Below, in pieces: positions 46,700-54,995 of a stretch of 64,000 nt of DNA (position 1 is its first letter; every line of letters begins with the position of its first letter). The position numbers and the translations under genes are program-made. The stretch lies in the IMG/VR virus record IMGVR_UViG_3300032248_000171, positions 38,130 through 102,129 of that record; one strand, given 5' to 3'. This DNA is from a virus. Lineage: Duplodnaviria; Caudoviricetes. The notes under the pieces were generated by a model, which searched no databases, was not told where the DNA came from, and worked only from the letters and a program-made list of their open reading frames with translations.

Positions 46700-47251
46700 A
46701 TGAATATCTTCTATCTCAACTACGACCCTCGCACTTGTGCCGCCGAGCACTGCGATAAGCATTGTGTGAAAATGATTGTTGAGTATGCTCAACTTCTTTC
46801 CACTGCTCATCGTGTGCTCGACGGCATTTCTTATATGGATAAGACCGCTAACAATCGTAACATCAAACGATTTAAGTTAGACGAACCACGAGAAAGCAAT
46901 TTATACAAAGCATCTCATATCAATCATCCATCTAATATCTGGGTGCGACAATCTCGACGACACTACCAATGGTTATTTGAGTTGTTCCAACAATGCTGTT
47001 ACCAATATACTGATCGGTATAAAAAGTTTCATGCGTCTGAACATCTTAGTGGTTACTTAACACAAGCACCATCTAATCTTCCAGACAATGGATGGTCAGA
47101 ACCGCCCCCAGCAATGCCTGATAAATACAAGGTAACTGGAGATTCAATCCAGTCATATCGCAACTATTATATTGGAGACAAGGCAGCATTTGCTACTTGG
47201 AAATCTCCTTCTACACCACCCCTATGGTTTACTGAACATGCCAACGTATAA
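46700..47251 (+). CDS. Pyrimidine-dimer DNA glycosylase (DenV-like family)
   Basis: MNIFYL...HCDKHCVKMIVEYAQLLST...HINHPS...AMPDKYK. Confidence 0.75.
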   Translation: MNIFYLNYDPRTCAAEHCDKHCVKMIVEYAQLLSTAHRVLDGISYMDKTANNRNIKRFKLDEPRESNLYKASHINHPSNIWVRQSRRHYQWLFELFQQCCYQYTDRYKKFHASEHLSGYLTQAPSNLPDNGWSEPPPAMPDKYKVTGDSIQSYRNYYIGDKAAFATWKSPSTPPLWFTEHANV

Positions 47252-47468
47252 ATTCAAAGATAATAACACTGGTGAAGAGTTTGAAAAGTGGATGTATATG
47301 GCAGATAGAGAACCCTACCTTGCTGAAAATCCCCACATTCATCAGATGCCAACTCTCCTCCATGCTGTTTCTGAAATAGGAAACTGGCAGAATAAAACTG
47401 ATAGCGATTGGAAACACATTATCAATCGTGCTGCTGATACTCCTGGATCAACTGTAGAAAGGCTTTAA
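47238..47468 (+). CDS. Conserved hypothetical protein (FmdB-like, Cys-less)
   Basis: MPTYKFKDNNTGEEFE; usual position upstream of phoH. Confidence 0.7.
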   Translation: MPTYKFKDNNTGEEFEKWMYMADREPYLAENPHIHQMPTLLHAVSEIGNWQNKTDSDWKHIINRAADTPGSTVERL

Positions 47469-47469
47469 T

Positions 47470-48228
47470 ATGGCACCAAGAACTCGTAAGACCAAGCAAG
47501 TCGTTCCAACTGGAATGAGTATTAAACAAATGAAGCGTAAGAAACCACTAAACTTTGATGCATTTGCTAAAGACATTGAACCGTTGACAGATGCTCAGCG
47601 CGTCATGTTTGAAGCATGGGAAAAGGATAAACATTTGTTTGCCTATGGTGCTGCTGGAACAGGTAAAACATTTGTTGCTCTTTACCTAGCACTTAAGAGT
47701 GTTCTCGATGAGAACACTCCTTATGAGAAAGTTTATATTGTTCGCTCACTTGTAGCAACTCGTGAGATTGGTTTCCTTCCTGGTGACCATGAAGATAAGT
47801 CATCGCTTTACCAGATTCCATATAAGAATATGGTAAAGTATATGTTTGAATTGTCAAACGATGAAGAGTTCGAACTACTCTATGGTAACTTGAAGAATCA
47901 AGGCACCATTAGTTTCTGGTCTACATCATTCCTTCGTGGCACAACAATGGATAACTGTATCATTGTTGTGGATGAAATGCAAAACCTTAACTTCCATGAG
48001 CTTGATTCAATCATCACTCGTGTCGGTCAGGATTGTAGAATCATCTTCTCTGGTGACGTTGCCCAGAGTGACCTTATCAAAACCAATGAGCGCACTGGTA
48101 TTCATGACTTCCAAAAGATTATCAACAGCATGGAAGAGTTTGAGTCAATTGAGTTTGGTGTCAATGATATTGTTCGCTCTGGTTTGGTTCGCAGTTATCT
48201 AATTAGTAAAATTAATTTGGGATTCTAA
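47470..48228 (+). CDS. phoH: PhoH-like ATPase
   Basis: GAAGTGKT, IGFLPG, DEMQN and DIVRSGLV. Confidence 0.95.
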   Translation: MAPRTRKTKQVVPTGMSIKQMKRKKPLNFDAFAKDIEPLTDAQRVMFEAWEKDKHLFAYGAAGTGKTFVALYLALKSVLDENTPYEKVYIVRSLVATREIGFLPGDHEDKSSLYQIPYKNMVKYMFELSNDEEFELLYGNLKNQGTISFWSTSFLRGTTMDNCIIVVDEMQNLNFHELDSIITRVGQDCRIIFSGDVAQSDLIKTNERTGIHDFQKIINSMEEFESIEFGVNDIVRSGLVRSYLISKINLGF

Positions 48229-48903
48229 ATGTTTATTCATTCTTCGTCATTCACTCCTATTGAACTTGAAGCTGTAATGGTTGATGGTCGTAGGTTATAT
48301 CCTACACCTTCTGGTAAAAAGCATCCTTCCATTACAACAGTTCTTGGAATGTGCCCGAAGAAGAAAAAGAAACTCAATGAATGGAAACAGCGTGTTGGGT
48401 ATGATAAAGCTCAACGAATCTCCAATCGTGCTGCCACTCGTGGCACTGGATTTCACGGGATAGTTGAAAATTATTTGAATAACTGCTATAATGTGGAGGA
48501 ACATAAGAGTTCACCCCTCCCCCTCTTAATGTTTAAGAATGCTGTTCCGACACTTAATAGAATCACTAAGGTCTATTTACAAGAAGCAGCACTCTATTCT
48601 GATTACCTTGAAATTGCTGGGCGTGTCGATTGTACTGGTGAATTTGATGGTATCCCATCTGTTATTGACTTCAAAACTTCTGCTGAAGAAAAGAAAGAAG
48701 AATGGATGGAAGATTATTACGTTCAAGAAACTGGATATGCGTGTATGTTTTATGAACTATATAATACACGCATTAAACAACTGGTTACTATTGTTGCATG
48801 TGAAGATGGCAACACACAAGTTGTGATTAAGAAGCCCGAAAAAGAATATCTCGATAGATTAATCTACCTACGCGCTCTTTACGAGGAAAAATATGGAGGA
48901 TAA
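48229..48903 (+). CDS. PD-(D/E)xK exonuclease
   Basis: PSITTVL, RGTGFH, AGRVDC and IDFKTS. Confidence 0.9.
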   Translation: MFIHSSSFTPIELEAVMVDGRRLYPTPSGKKHPSITTVLGMCPKKKKKLNEWKQRVGYDKAQRISNRAATRGTGFHGIVENYLNNCYNVEEHKSSPLPLLMFKNAVPTLNRITKVYLQEAALYSDYLEIAGRVDCTGEFDGIPSVIDFKTSAEEKKEEWMEDYYVQETGYACMFYELYNTRIKQLVTIVACEDGNTQVVIKKPEKEYLDRLIYLRALYEEKYGG

Positions 48904-49147
48904 AGATAAACTAATTGAGGATAAATTTATGACTACTGTGAGATTCTCTACGGAAGTAGAGACACTTGTGAATAGTGATTCGATGAGTTACATTGATGCT
49001 ATCATTCATTATTGTGACACTAATGATATTGAACTGGAATCAGTACCCAAATTGATTTCGAAACCACTGAAAGAGAAGCTGAAGCATGAAGCACAGCAAC
49101 TCAACTACATGAAAAAAACATCCCGTGCGAAACTAATGTTGGTATGA
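48893..49147 (+). CDS. gp33: Late transcription coactivator gp33
   Basis: YIDAIIHYC...LISKPLKEKLKHEA. Confidence 0.9.
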   Translation: MEDKDKLIEDKFMTTVRFSTEVETLVNSDSMSYIDAIIHYCDTNDIELESVPKLISKPLKEKLKHEAQQLNYMKKTSRAKLMLV

Positions 49148-49494
49148 GCGACTTTTTTGATTCCGATATCATCCGTGAAGAAGCACGGGAGATGGAAAGG
49201 TTACAGATGAAAGCAATGGAACTTACCCTTGCCGCACCATTAAGTAGTGGTAGTAAAGTAGAACAACTCAACTACATCTATACTGTTCGTGAACTAGTAG
49301 AGAAACAACAGATTTTCTATGCCAGATTGAGACTTTCTGATGATCCCAATGCCGTTGAAATGTGTAAACACATTGAAGAAGGAGCTAAGATGCTCTATGG
49401 ATGGTGGGAAACCGCAGACGTTCGTGAACTTATGCAAAGTATGCTTGACAAACTCAACCAATTTGAAAAAGAAATTCTAGAGGCAGGGGGTTGA
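49144..49494 (+). CDS. Conserved cyanophage/cyanobacterial hypothetical protein
   Basis: FFDSDII...EKQQIFYARLRLSDDP. Confidence 0.75.
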   Translation: MSDFFDSDIIREEAREMERLQMKAMELTLAAPLSSGSKVEQLNYIYTVRELVEKQQIFYARLRLSDDPNAVEMCKHIEEGAKMLYGWWETADVRELMQSMLDKLNQFEKEILEAGG

Positions 49495-49574
49495 CGCCGC
49501 CCTCTGCCTGTGCTACAATAACCAAGTGATCAGGCGTCACACAAACCTAATCTAAAACAATCCGAGGTAATCCT

Positions 49575-50480
49575 ATGTCTTTTGCTGATCTCAAGCGCAA
49601 ATCCCAAACGTCTTTCTCTTCCCTCACTAAGGAACTAGAGAAAGCAAACTCTACTTCCAGTGGCGATGATCGCTTTTGGAAGCCCAGCGTTGACGCCGTT
49701 GGTAATGGTTTTGCCGTGATCCGTTTCCTCCCTGCTCCTGATGGTGAGGATATTCCTTTCGTGAAACTCTACTCCCATGCCTTCCAAGGTGATGGTGGTT
49801 GGTATATTGAAAACTCTTTGACCACTCTTGGTGGTAAAGACCCTGTTGGTGAAGTCAATCGTAAACTGTGGAACAGTGGTCGTGATGCCGATAAAGAAAC
49901 TGCTCGTAAGCAGAAGCGTAAGCTCACTTACTACGCTAACATCTTTGTGGTGAGTGATAAAGCAAACCCAGAGAATGAAGGTCGGGTATTCCTGTATAAG
50001 TTCGGTAAGAAAATCTTTGATAAGATTACCGCTGCCATGCAACCTGAGTTTGAAGATGAAACCCCTGTGAATCCTTTCGATTTGTGGGAAGGTGCTAATT
50101 TCAAACTGAAAATCACTAACGTTGCTGGTTACTGGAACTACGATAAGTCTGAGTTTGCTGCTCCCTCTGCTCTGAAAGCAGATGATTCTGAACTTGAAAA
50201 AGTATGGAAGCAGGCACATTCACTTCAGGCATTTACGTCTGCCGATAACTTCAAATCATATGAAGAACTGGAAGACCGTCTGAATCTGGTGCTGGGTATC
50301 ACTAAGACCCCTGCTGCTGCTCGTGCTGCACAGGTGACCCGTGTGATGGATGAGGAAGAGGATGAAGAGTTCTCTGCTCCTGCTCCCCGCACTGCCCCTG
50401 CTAAGGTAGCTGTTGCTGCTGGTGCTGATGAAGATGACGACGCACTCAGTTACTTCGCTCGCCTTGCTGAGGAAGACTGA
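49575..50480 (+). CDS. gp32: Single-stranded DNA-binding protein gp32
   Basis: DDRFWKP, YKFGKKIFDK, GANFKLK; acidic tail ending YFARLAEED. Confidence 0.97.
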   Translation: MSFADLKRKSQTSFSSLTKELEKANSTSSGDDRFWKPSVDAVGNGFAVIRFLPAPDGEDIPFVKLYSHAFQGDGGWYIENSLTTLGGKDPVGEVNRKLWNSGRDADKETARKQKRKLTYYANIFVVSDKANPENEGRVFLYKFGKKIFDKITAAMQPEFEDETPVNPFDLWEGANFKLKITNVAGYWNYDKSEFAAPSALKADDSELEKVWKQAHSLQAFTSADNFKSYEELEDRLNLVLGITKTPAAARAAQVTRVMDEEEDEEFSAPAPRTAPAKVAVAAGADEDDDALSYFARLAEED

Positions 50481-50507
50481 TTTTCAAAATCACATAACAA
50501 AAACTAT

Positions 50508-50538
50508 TTGGGCGGCAAAAAAATCCGCCCATTTTTTT
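50508..50538. terminator. Terminator between convergent gp32 and gp53
   Basis: TGGGCGG...CCGCCCA followed by a T-tract. Confidence 0.75.
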
Positions 50539-50552
50539 GTCTAAAAAGTTTT

Positions 50553-51242
50553 TTAGATTCCAGCGCGTTTTGTTTTAGTATCGATGTAGCTAGAGGAATC
50601 TGTGTATTCTAATAAGTTTTCAAATTGCACCACAAACTTCTGCAATAGGTCTGAACGCAGAATATAAATCTCTCTTCTACTATCATTTAAATTCTTTTCG
50701 TATTGATAGTTAGATACTTGCTCACACAATTCATTTCCTGCTTTTGTGAGGTATTGATTGGTGCCTCTATCATAGAATTTATGTGTAGTATCGTAATATT
50801 TCTTATCTACTACTAAACCCTCTTTTAATAAAACTTCTCCCAAACTATTTTTCAACTCTGTGGTTGCATAGTGATGTGTTCTATCAGCTGGCAGTAGATT
50901 TGCTTGTGCTGGTTCATAGGGGTCTGATTGATATGATCTATCAACAAAATCATACAATCTAGATTCTTTAATAGGCAAATCAAAATTGGTATTGATTAGA
51001 TTGTTGGTTAAAAGAATAACCCAATCATAATCAGTACTACCATAGAATTTTTGAGAGATTAAATCTAATCTATCATCATCAGTGATAGTATATTTGTTAT
51101 AATACACTGAATTGTTATAGATTGCATCGATTATATTTACTTTACGAAATAAATTCTTCGCCAACACATAAGTTTTCTCTGATACAGGAAAACTTAATGG
51201 CTTTTGATCGTATTCAATGTTTGGAATTTTAGAAAAAAACAT
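50553..51242 (-). CDS. gp53: Baseplate wedge subunit gp53
   Basis: LysM-like DDRLDLISQKFYG...WVILLTN. Confidence 0.9.
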   Translation of the reverse strand: MFFSKIPNIEYDQKPLSFPVSEKTYVLAKNLFRKVNIIDAIYNNSVYYNKYTITDDDRLDLISQKFYGSTDYDWVILLTNNLINTNFDLPIKESRLYDFVDRSYQSDPYEPAQANLLPADRTHHYATTELKNSLGEVLLKEGLVVDKKYYDTTHKFYDRGTNQYLTKAGNELCEQVSNYQYEKNLNDSRREIYILRSDLLQKFVVQFENLLEYTDSSSYIDTKTKRAGI

Positions 51243-51243
51243 T

Positions 51244-52158
51244 TTAGTAGTTGGTGGAGTCGGTTATTTCGTCTGCAAATAGAAGTTTTAGTTCACTAAA
51301 CTGTAATGTTAATATTACTGCAGTTGGAGCACCAGATTCAAAAGTAGACCAAGCGCCATCTGCGGTGTAATTAATATCTACAGATCCAATAGCACATTTT
51401 TTATATTGAGTTACCCATTTACTATCTTTTGTTTTATTTTTAAAAGTAACCTGCACTATATGAGGAACTTGAACTAAAACTTGAGTTGCAGTTGATGCTC
51501 TTGGCAACATAGCTCTTTTAAATGTGTTGCATATTGTTCTGATGTCATTAGATTCCTTTTCATTTCTCGCATTCATTTTAAAAGTTAATCCAAATGTTCT
51601 CAACTGAGGACCACTATAAAGAACTTCAGTGTTTGGATTAAGTATTTTACCCTGAGTAGATGCTAAAACATCGTTTATTCCAACACCACCACCAAATCCA
51701 GGAATGCCATTCATTCCTGCTTGCACTGCTTTAGCAGCAAACCATGGCATTAAACCACCTTTCATGCTATCCAATGATTTTACAGCACTTTGCACACCTG
51801 TTTCTAATGCCCCTTGGTCTGCTCCATTTATTGAACCCACCGATCCCATCAATGCAGCACCCAACGGACTGAAATCTCTGCCGCCCCAATTTGCAGCATA
51901 ATTTCCTCCTATATCTTCTGGCATGTATAGACCAATAGTTGGCCAGTTAGTCACTACTTCGCCATTTTTATTTTTTTCTGTTGCTGGAGCAAAAGAAATA
52001 GAATTATATTTGTCTAAAAACACATCATTTGCAACTAGTTGTTTTTCTGGAGGTCCAGGAGCAAAAGCACTTTTATATTCATAAAATTGAAACATCACCC
52101 AATCGCCAGATTGTTCTGCTAAATCTCTAGGATATCTTAGTGTTGATTGTTGCGCCAT
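51244..52158 (-). CDS. gp48: Baseplate tail-tube cap gp48
   Basis: LRYP, LNPNTEVLYSGPQLRTF and LQFSE. Confidence 0.88.
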   Translation of the reverse strand: MAQQSTLRYPRDLAEQSGDWVMFQFYEYKSAFAPGPPEKQLVANDVFLDKYNSISFAPATEKNKNGEVVTNWPTIGLYMPEDIGGNYAANWGGRDFSPLGAALMGSVGSINGADQGALETGVQSAVKSLDSMKGGLMPWFAAKAVQAGMNGIPGFGGGVGINDVLASTQGKILNPNTEVLYSGPQLRTFGLTFKMNARNEKESNDIRTICNTFKRAMLPRASTATQVLVQVPHIVQVTFKNKTKDSKWVTQYKKCAIGSVDINYTADGAWSTFESGAPTAVILTLQFSELKLLFADEITDSTNY

Positions 52159-52835
52159 TAACTTACTTCCGTAATGTCTGAAGGTTTACCATAACCTCTG
52201 ATAACTCTTTTTGCTTTGATGCGGTCTCCCCATTTAGCATTAGTTTCTGTCCACACATCGGATGATTTGTATGGTCTCAATACTCCACCCGTATCTTTAA
52301 CAAAATGTTCAATAGGTAATGCGATAGCAGTATCCCATTCAGCAGAGGCAAGATCTAAAAGGAATCCGTCTACATGGTCCAGAATATATTTATGAATACA
52401 TATGCGTGGAATGTCTATTCTTCCTTGGTGTAGTTTTTCTATTACCAATGGTCTCTTCTTTGGATGTAAGTAGTGTAGATTGGCACCAATAAAATACTCT
52501 GGTGTGGCATGAAAGACATACACTAATGGGAATTGATCATAGTATGGTAAGTATTTCATCTTTGCTTTGTATTCAAAGATAAACAATCTTCCTTGTCTGA
52601 CAAATCTTCTTAATCTATTTTCGTCTTGTTCGTCTTCTTCATCAATACGATCTTTCTTTTCATCTCGTATTAAGTGTTCTGGATTTTGTTTCAAATCCAT
52701 TGCCAGTGACTTCAATGTTTGTCTATACCACTGCCAGGAGCGTTCTTCTTCACCTGCTTTTTCTTTGATCTTTTCAAAGATAGTTTTGTAATTTTGTTTT
52801 GTTCCTTTCTTTTGTTGAGCAAATCCTTTTGCCAT
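52158..52835 (-). CDS. gp2: DNA end protector gp2
   Basis: YYDQFPLV...GANLHYL. Confidence 0.85.
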   Translation of the reverse strand: MAKGFAQQKKGTKQNYKTIFEKIKEKAGEEERSWQWYRQTLKSLAMDLKQNPEHLIRDEKKDRIDEEDEQDENRLRRFVRQGRLFIFEYKAKMKYLPYYDQFPLVYVFHATPEYFIGANLHYLHPKKRPLVIEKLHQGRIDIPRICIHKYILDHVDGFLLDLASAEWDTAIALPIEHFVKDTGGVLRPYKSSDVWTETNAKWGDRIKAKRVIRGYGKPSDITEVS

Positions 52836-52838
52836 ATG

Positions 52839-53273
52839 TTATACTCCTAAGTCATCTTCGGTGAGAATAAGAAATTTCATTTGTCTATCCTCACACCAGT
52901 CACTTGCAGCTTCCCATTTCGCTTGATTCTTTAGGAATGTCAATACTTTATTTTTGTATACTTTTGTCTGCTTTGTTGCAGGAGGTGGAGGAGTGATCTG
53001 TTTCTTCGGTTTGATTTCAATGAGATATTTTTTGATTTCATTTGTTTTAGTACGAATTTTGATATAGAAGTCAACATAATAACGATGCAATCTCCCATCA
53101 ATCGGAGAACGATAAGGTATTATTACTTCTTCACTGCCCCATTGTATCACGCTGGCATTACGATCACAGAAAACCATAAACTTTCTTTCCCAGAGTGAAC
53201 GATAAACAATGTTCATCGGATTTCCTCTGTATTTGCTGGGATTTACGGGGCGATAGAATCCCGAGTAAGCCAT
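52839..53273 (-). CDS. gp4: Head completion nuclease gp4
   Basis: YRSLWE, WGSEE, IEIKP and NQAKW. Confidence 0.92.
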   Translation of the reverse strand: MAYSGFYRPVNPSKYRGNPMNIVYRSLWERKFMVFCDRNASVIQWGSEEVIIPYRSPIDGRLHRYYVDFYIKIRTKTNEIKKYLIEIKPKKQITPPPPATKQTKVYKNKVLTFLKNQAKWEAASDWCEDRQMKFLILTEDDLGV

Positions 53274-53308
53274 AAATATAAATATAAAACTACTCAAGGA
53301 TATTTAGA

Positions 53309-54073
53309 GTGGCAGGAACCCGTACAGCAGCAACAAGTATAACAAATATAGCTAGAATGCTGTCTCAGGGTGGAGGAATAGCATCTTCTAATATATTTAA
53401 AGTTACCTTTCAACCCAACGGAAGGAGTAAAACCAATAGAGTTTTTGATAATATCAAAGAAATTTTGCCAGGATTTATTGAATCGGAATTAGAAGGAGAT
53501 AATATTGGAACTAGTTCTGCTGCATACATTTCAATGATGTGTGATGAAGCAGTTTTGCCTGGAGTTCAAGCAGCATCTGGCCAGATAAATGGAATTTATA
53601 CTGGGTCTGGAACTTATAACTATGCACACACAAGATTGTATAATGATTTAACATTGTCATGGATATGTGATGCTAATATGACACCTGTTAAATTTTTAAC
53701 TACTTGGTTTGATGCTATTTTTAATGAATATAGTGCTGACGATAAAACAAGATATAGACCAAAAAATCAAGTAGATTCAAAAGATGTAAACAAAAGGGAT
53801 AGAAACAGATCCACAAGATTATCTTATCCAGATGATTACACATTAAATCTTTCTATATTGAAAGCAGAAAAAAATGCTAATTCAGAAACTGGTAGACCAT
53901 CAATAAGATATTATTTTGATGGAATATATCCATATTCTATTGATAGTATTCCCTTATCTTTTGGTGCTTCTACTCTAGTCAAAGTAACTGCTAATTTTTA
54001 TTATGAAAAATGGTATACTTATCATGTTAATCAATGGGGACGCCAAACATCAACATATAATGCTCGACCATAA
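53309..54073 (+). CDS. Tail-tube-initiator (gp54/gp19-like) protein
   Basis: CDEAVLPG...YPYSIDSIPLSFG...VTANFYY; TATAAATA at 53277-53284. Confidence 0.7.
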   Translation: MAGTRTAATSITNIARMLSQGGGIASSNIFKVTFQPNGRSKTNRVFDNIKEILPGFIESELEGDNIGTSSAAYISMMCDEAVLPGVQAASGQINGIYTGSGTYNYAHTRLYNDLTLSWICDANMTPVKFLTTWFDAIFNEYSADDKTRYRPKNQVDSKDVNKRDRNRSTRLSYPDDYTLNLSILKAEKNANSETGRPSIRYYFDGIYPYSIDSIPLSFGASTLVKVTANFYYEKWYTYHVNQWGRQTSTYNARP

Positions 54074-54111
54074 ATAAAATTACGAACATATAATTTCCTT
54101 TTGGAGTAATC

Positions 54112-54828
54112 ATGCCTTTACCAAAACCACCAGTTCCAACATTTGAAACGAAAATTCCATCGAGTGGCAAGAAGATTCAATACAGACCATTCCTAGTTAA
54201 AGAAGAAAAAGTTCTTTTGATTGCTATGGAATCTCAGGATACCAAGCAAATTAAAGATGCCGTTGTACAAGTTTTGAAGAATTGTATATTAACTAGAGGT
54301 CTTAAGCTTGAAACTTTGTCAATGTTTGATATTGAATATATCTTTTTGCGTATCAGATCTAAATCTGTTGGCGAAACTGTCGAGATGAAATTTATTTGCA
54401 AAGATGATGGTGAAACAGAAGTTGTTTATGAATTAAATTTGGATGAAGTTGAAGTTCAATTTCCAGAAGGTCACAGCAAAAAGATTGAGTTAGATGAAAT
54501 ATCAGGAATGGTTATGAAGTATCCTGGTTATGATCAGTTTGTGAAAACTCAACTACTTCAGAAAGAACCTTCCACTACTGAAGTATTTGATATTGTTATT
54601 GATGCGGTTGATCAAATTTATCAGGGCGATGAGATTTGGGATTCTAGTACAACATCTAGAAAAGAAATCATTGACTACGTTGAGGGTTTGACCACCAAGC
54701 AGTTTGAAAAAATTCAAGAATTCTTTGCAACTATGCCTAAACTATCTCACACCATTGAGATTACAAATCCAAATACTGGTGTGAAATCTGAGTACGAAAT
54801 TGAGGGATTGGTAAATTTTTTCGCATAA
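54112..54828 (+). CDS. gp26: Baseplate hub assembly protein gp26
   Basis: YRPFLVKEEK, FDIEYIFL.IRSKSVGE and C-terminal EGLVNFFA. Confidence 0.92.
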   Translation: MPLPKPPVPTFETKIPSSGKKIQYRPFLVKEEKVLLIAMESQDTKQIKDAVVQVLKNCILTRGLKLETLSMFDIEYIFLRIRSKSVGETVEMKFICKDDGETEVVYELNLDEVEVQFPEGHSKKIELDEISGMVMKYPGYDQFVKTQLLQKEPSTTEVFDIVIDAVDQIYQGDEIWDSSTTSRKEIIDYVEGLTTKQFEKIQEFFATMPKLSHTIEITNPNTGVKSEYEIEGLVNFFA

Positions 54829-54995
54829 GCCTATTTCATGAATCACTTGAGAACCATTACAGGTCCAATTTTAATTTGATGTATCATCATAAATTTTCCT
54901 TAACTGAATTGGAAAATATGATGCCATGGGAGAGGCAAGTATATATTGCGATGCTTAATCATTACATCGAAGAACAAAAGAAAAATAACCAGTAA
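54804..54995 (+). CDS. gp51: Baseplate hub assembly catalyst gp51 reading frame (-1 relative to gp26; not in ORF track)
   Basis: LFHESLENHYRSNFNLMYHHKFSLTELENMMPWERQVYIAML; the first ATG is only at 54879. Confidence 0.85.
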   Translation, partial: GIGKFFRISLFHESLENHYRSNFNLMYHHKFSLTELENMMPWERQVYIAMLNHYIEEQKKNNQ

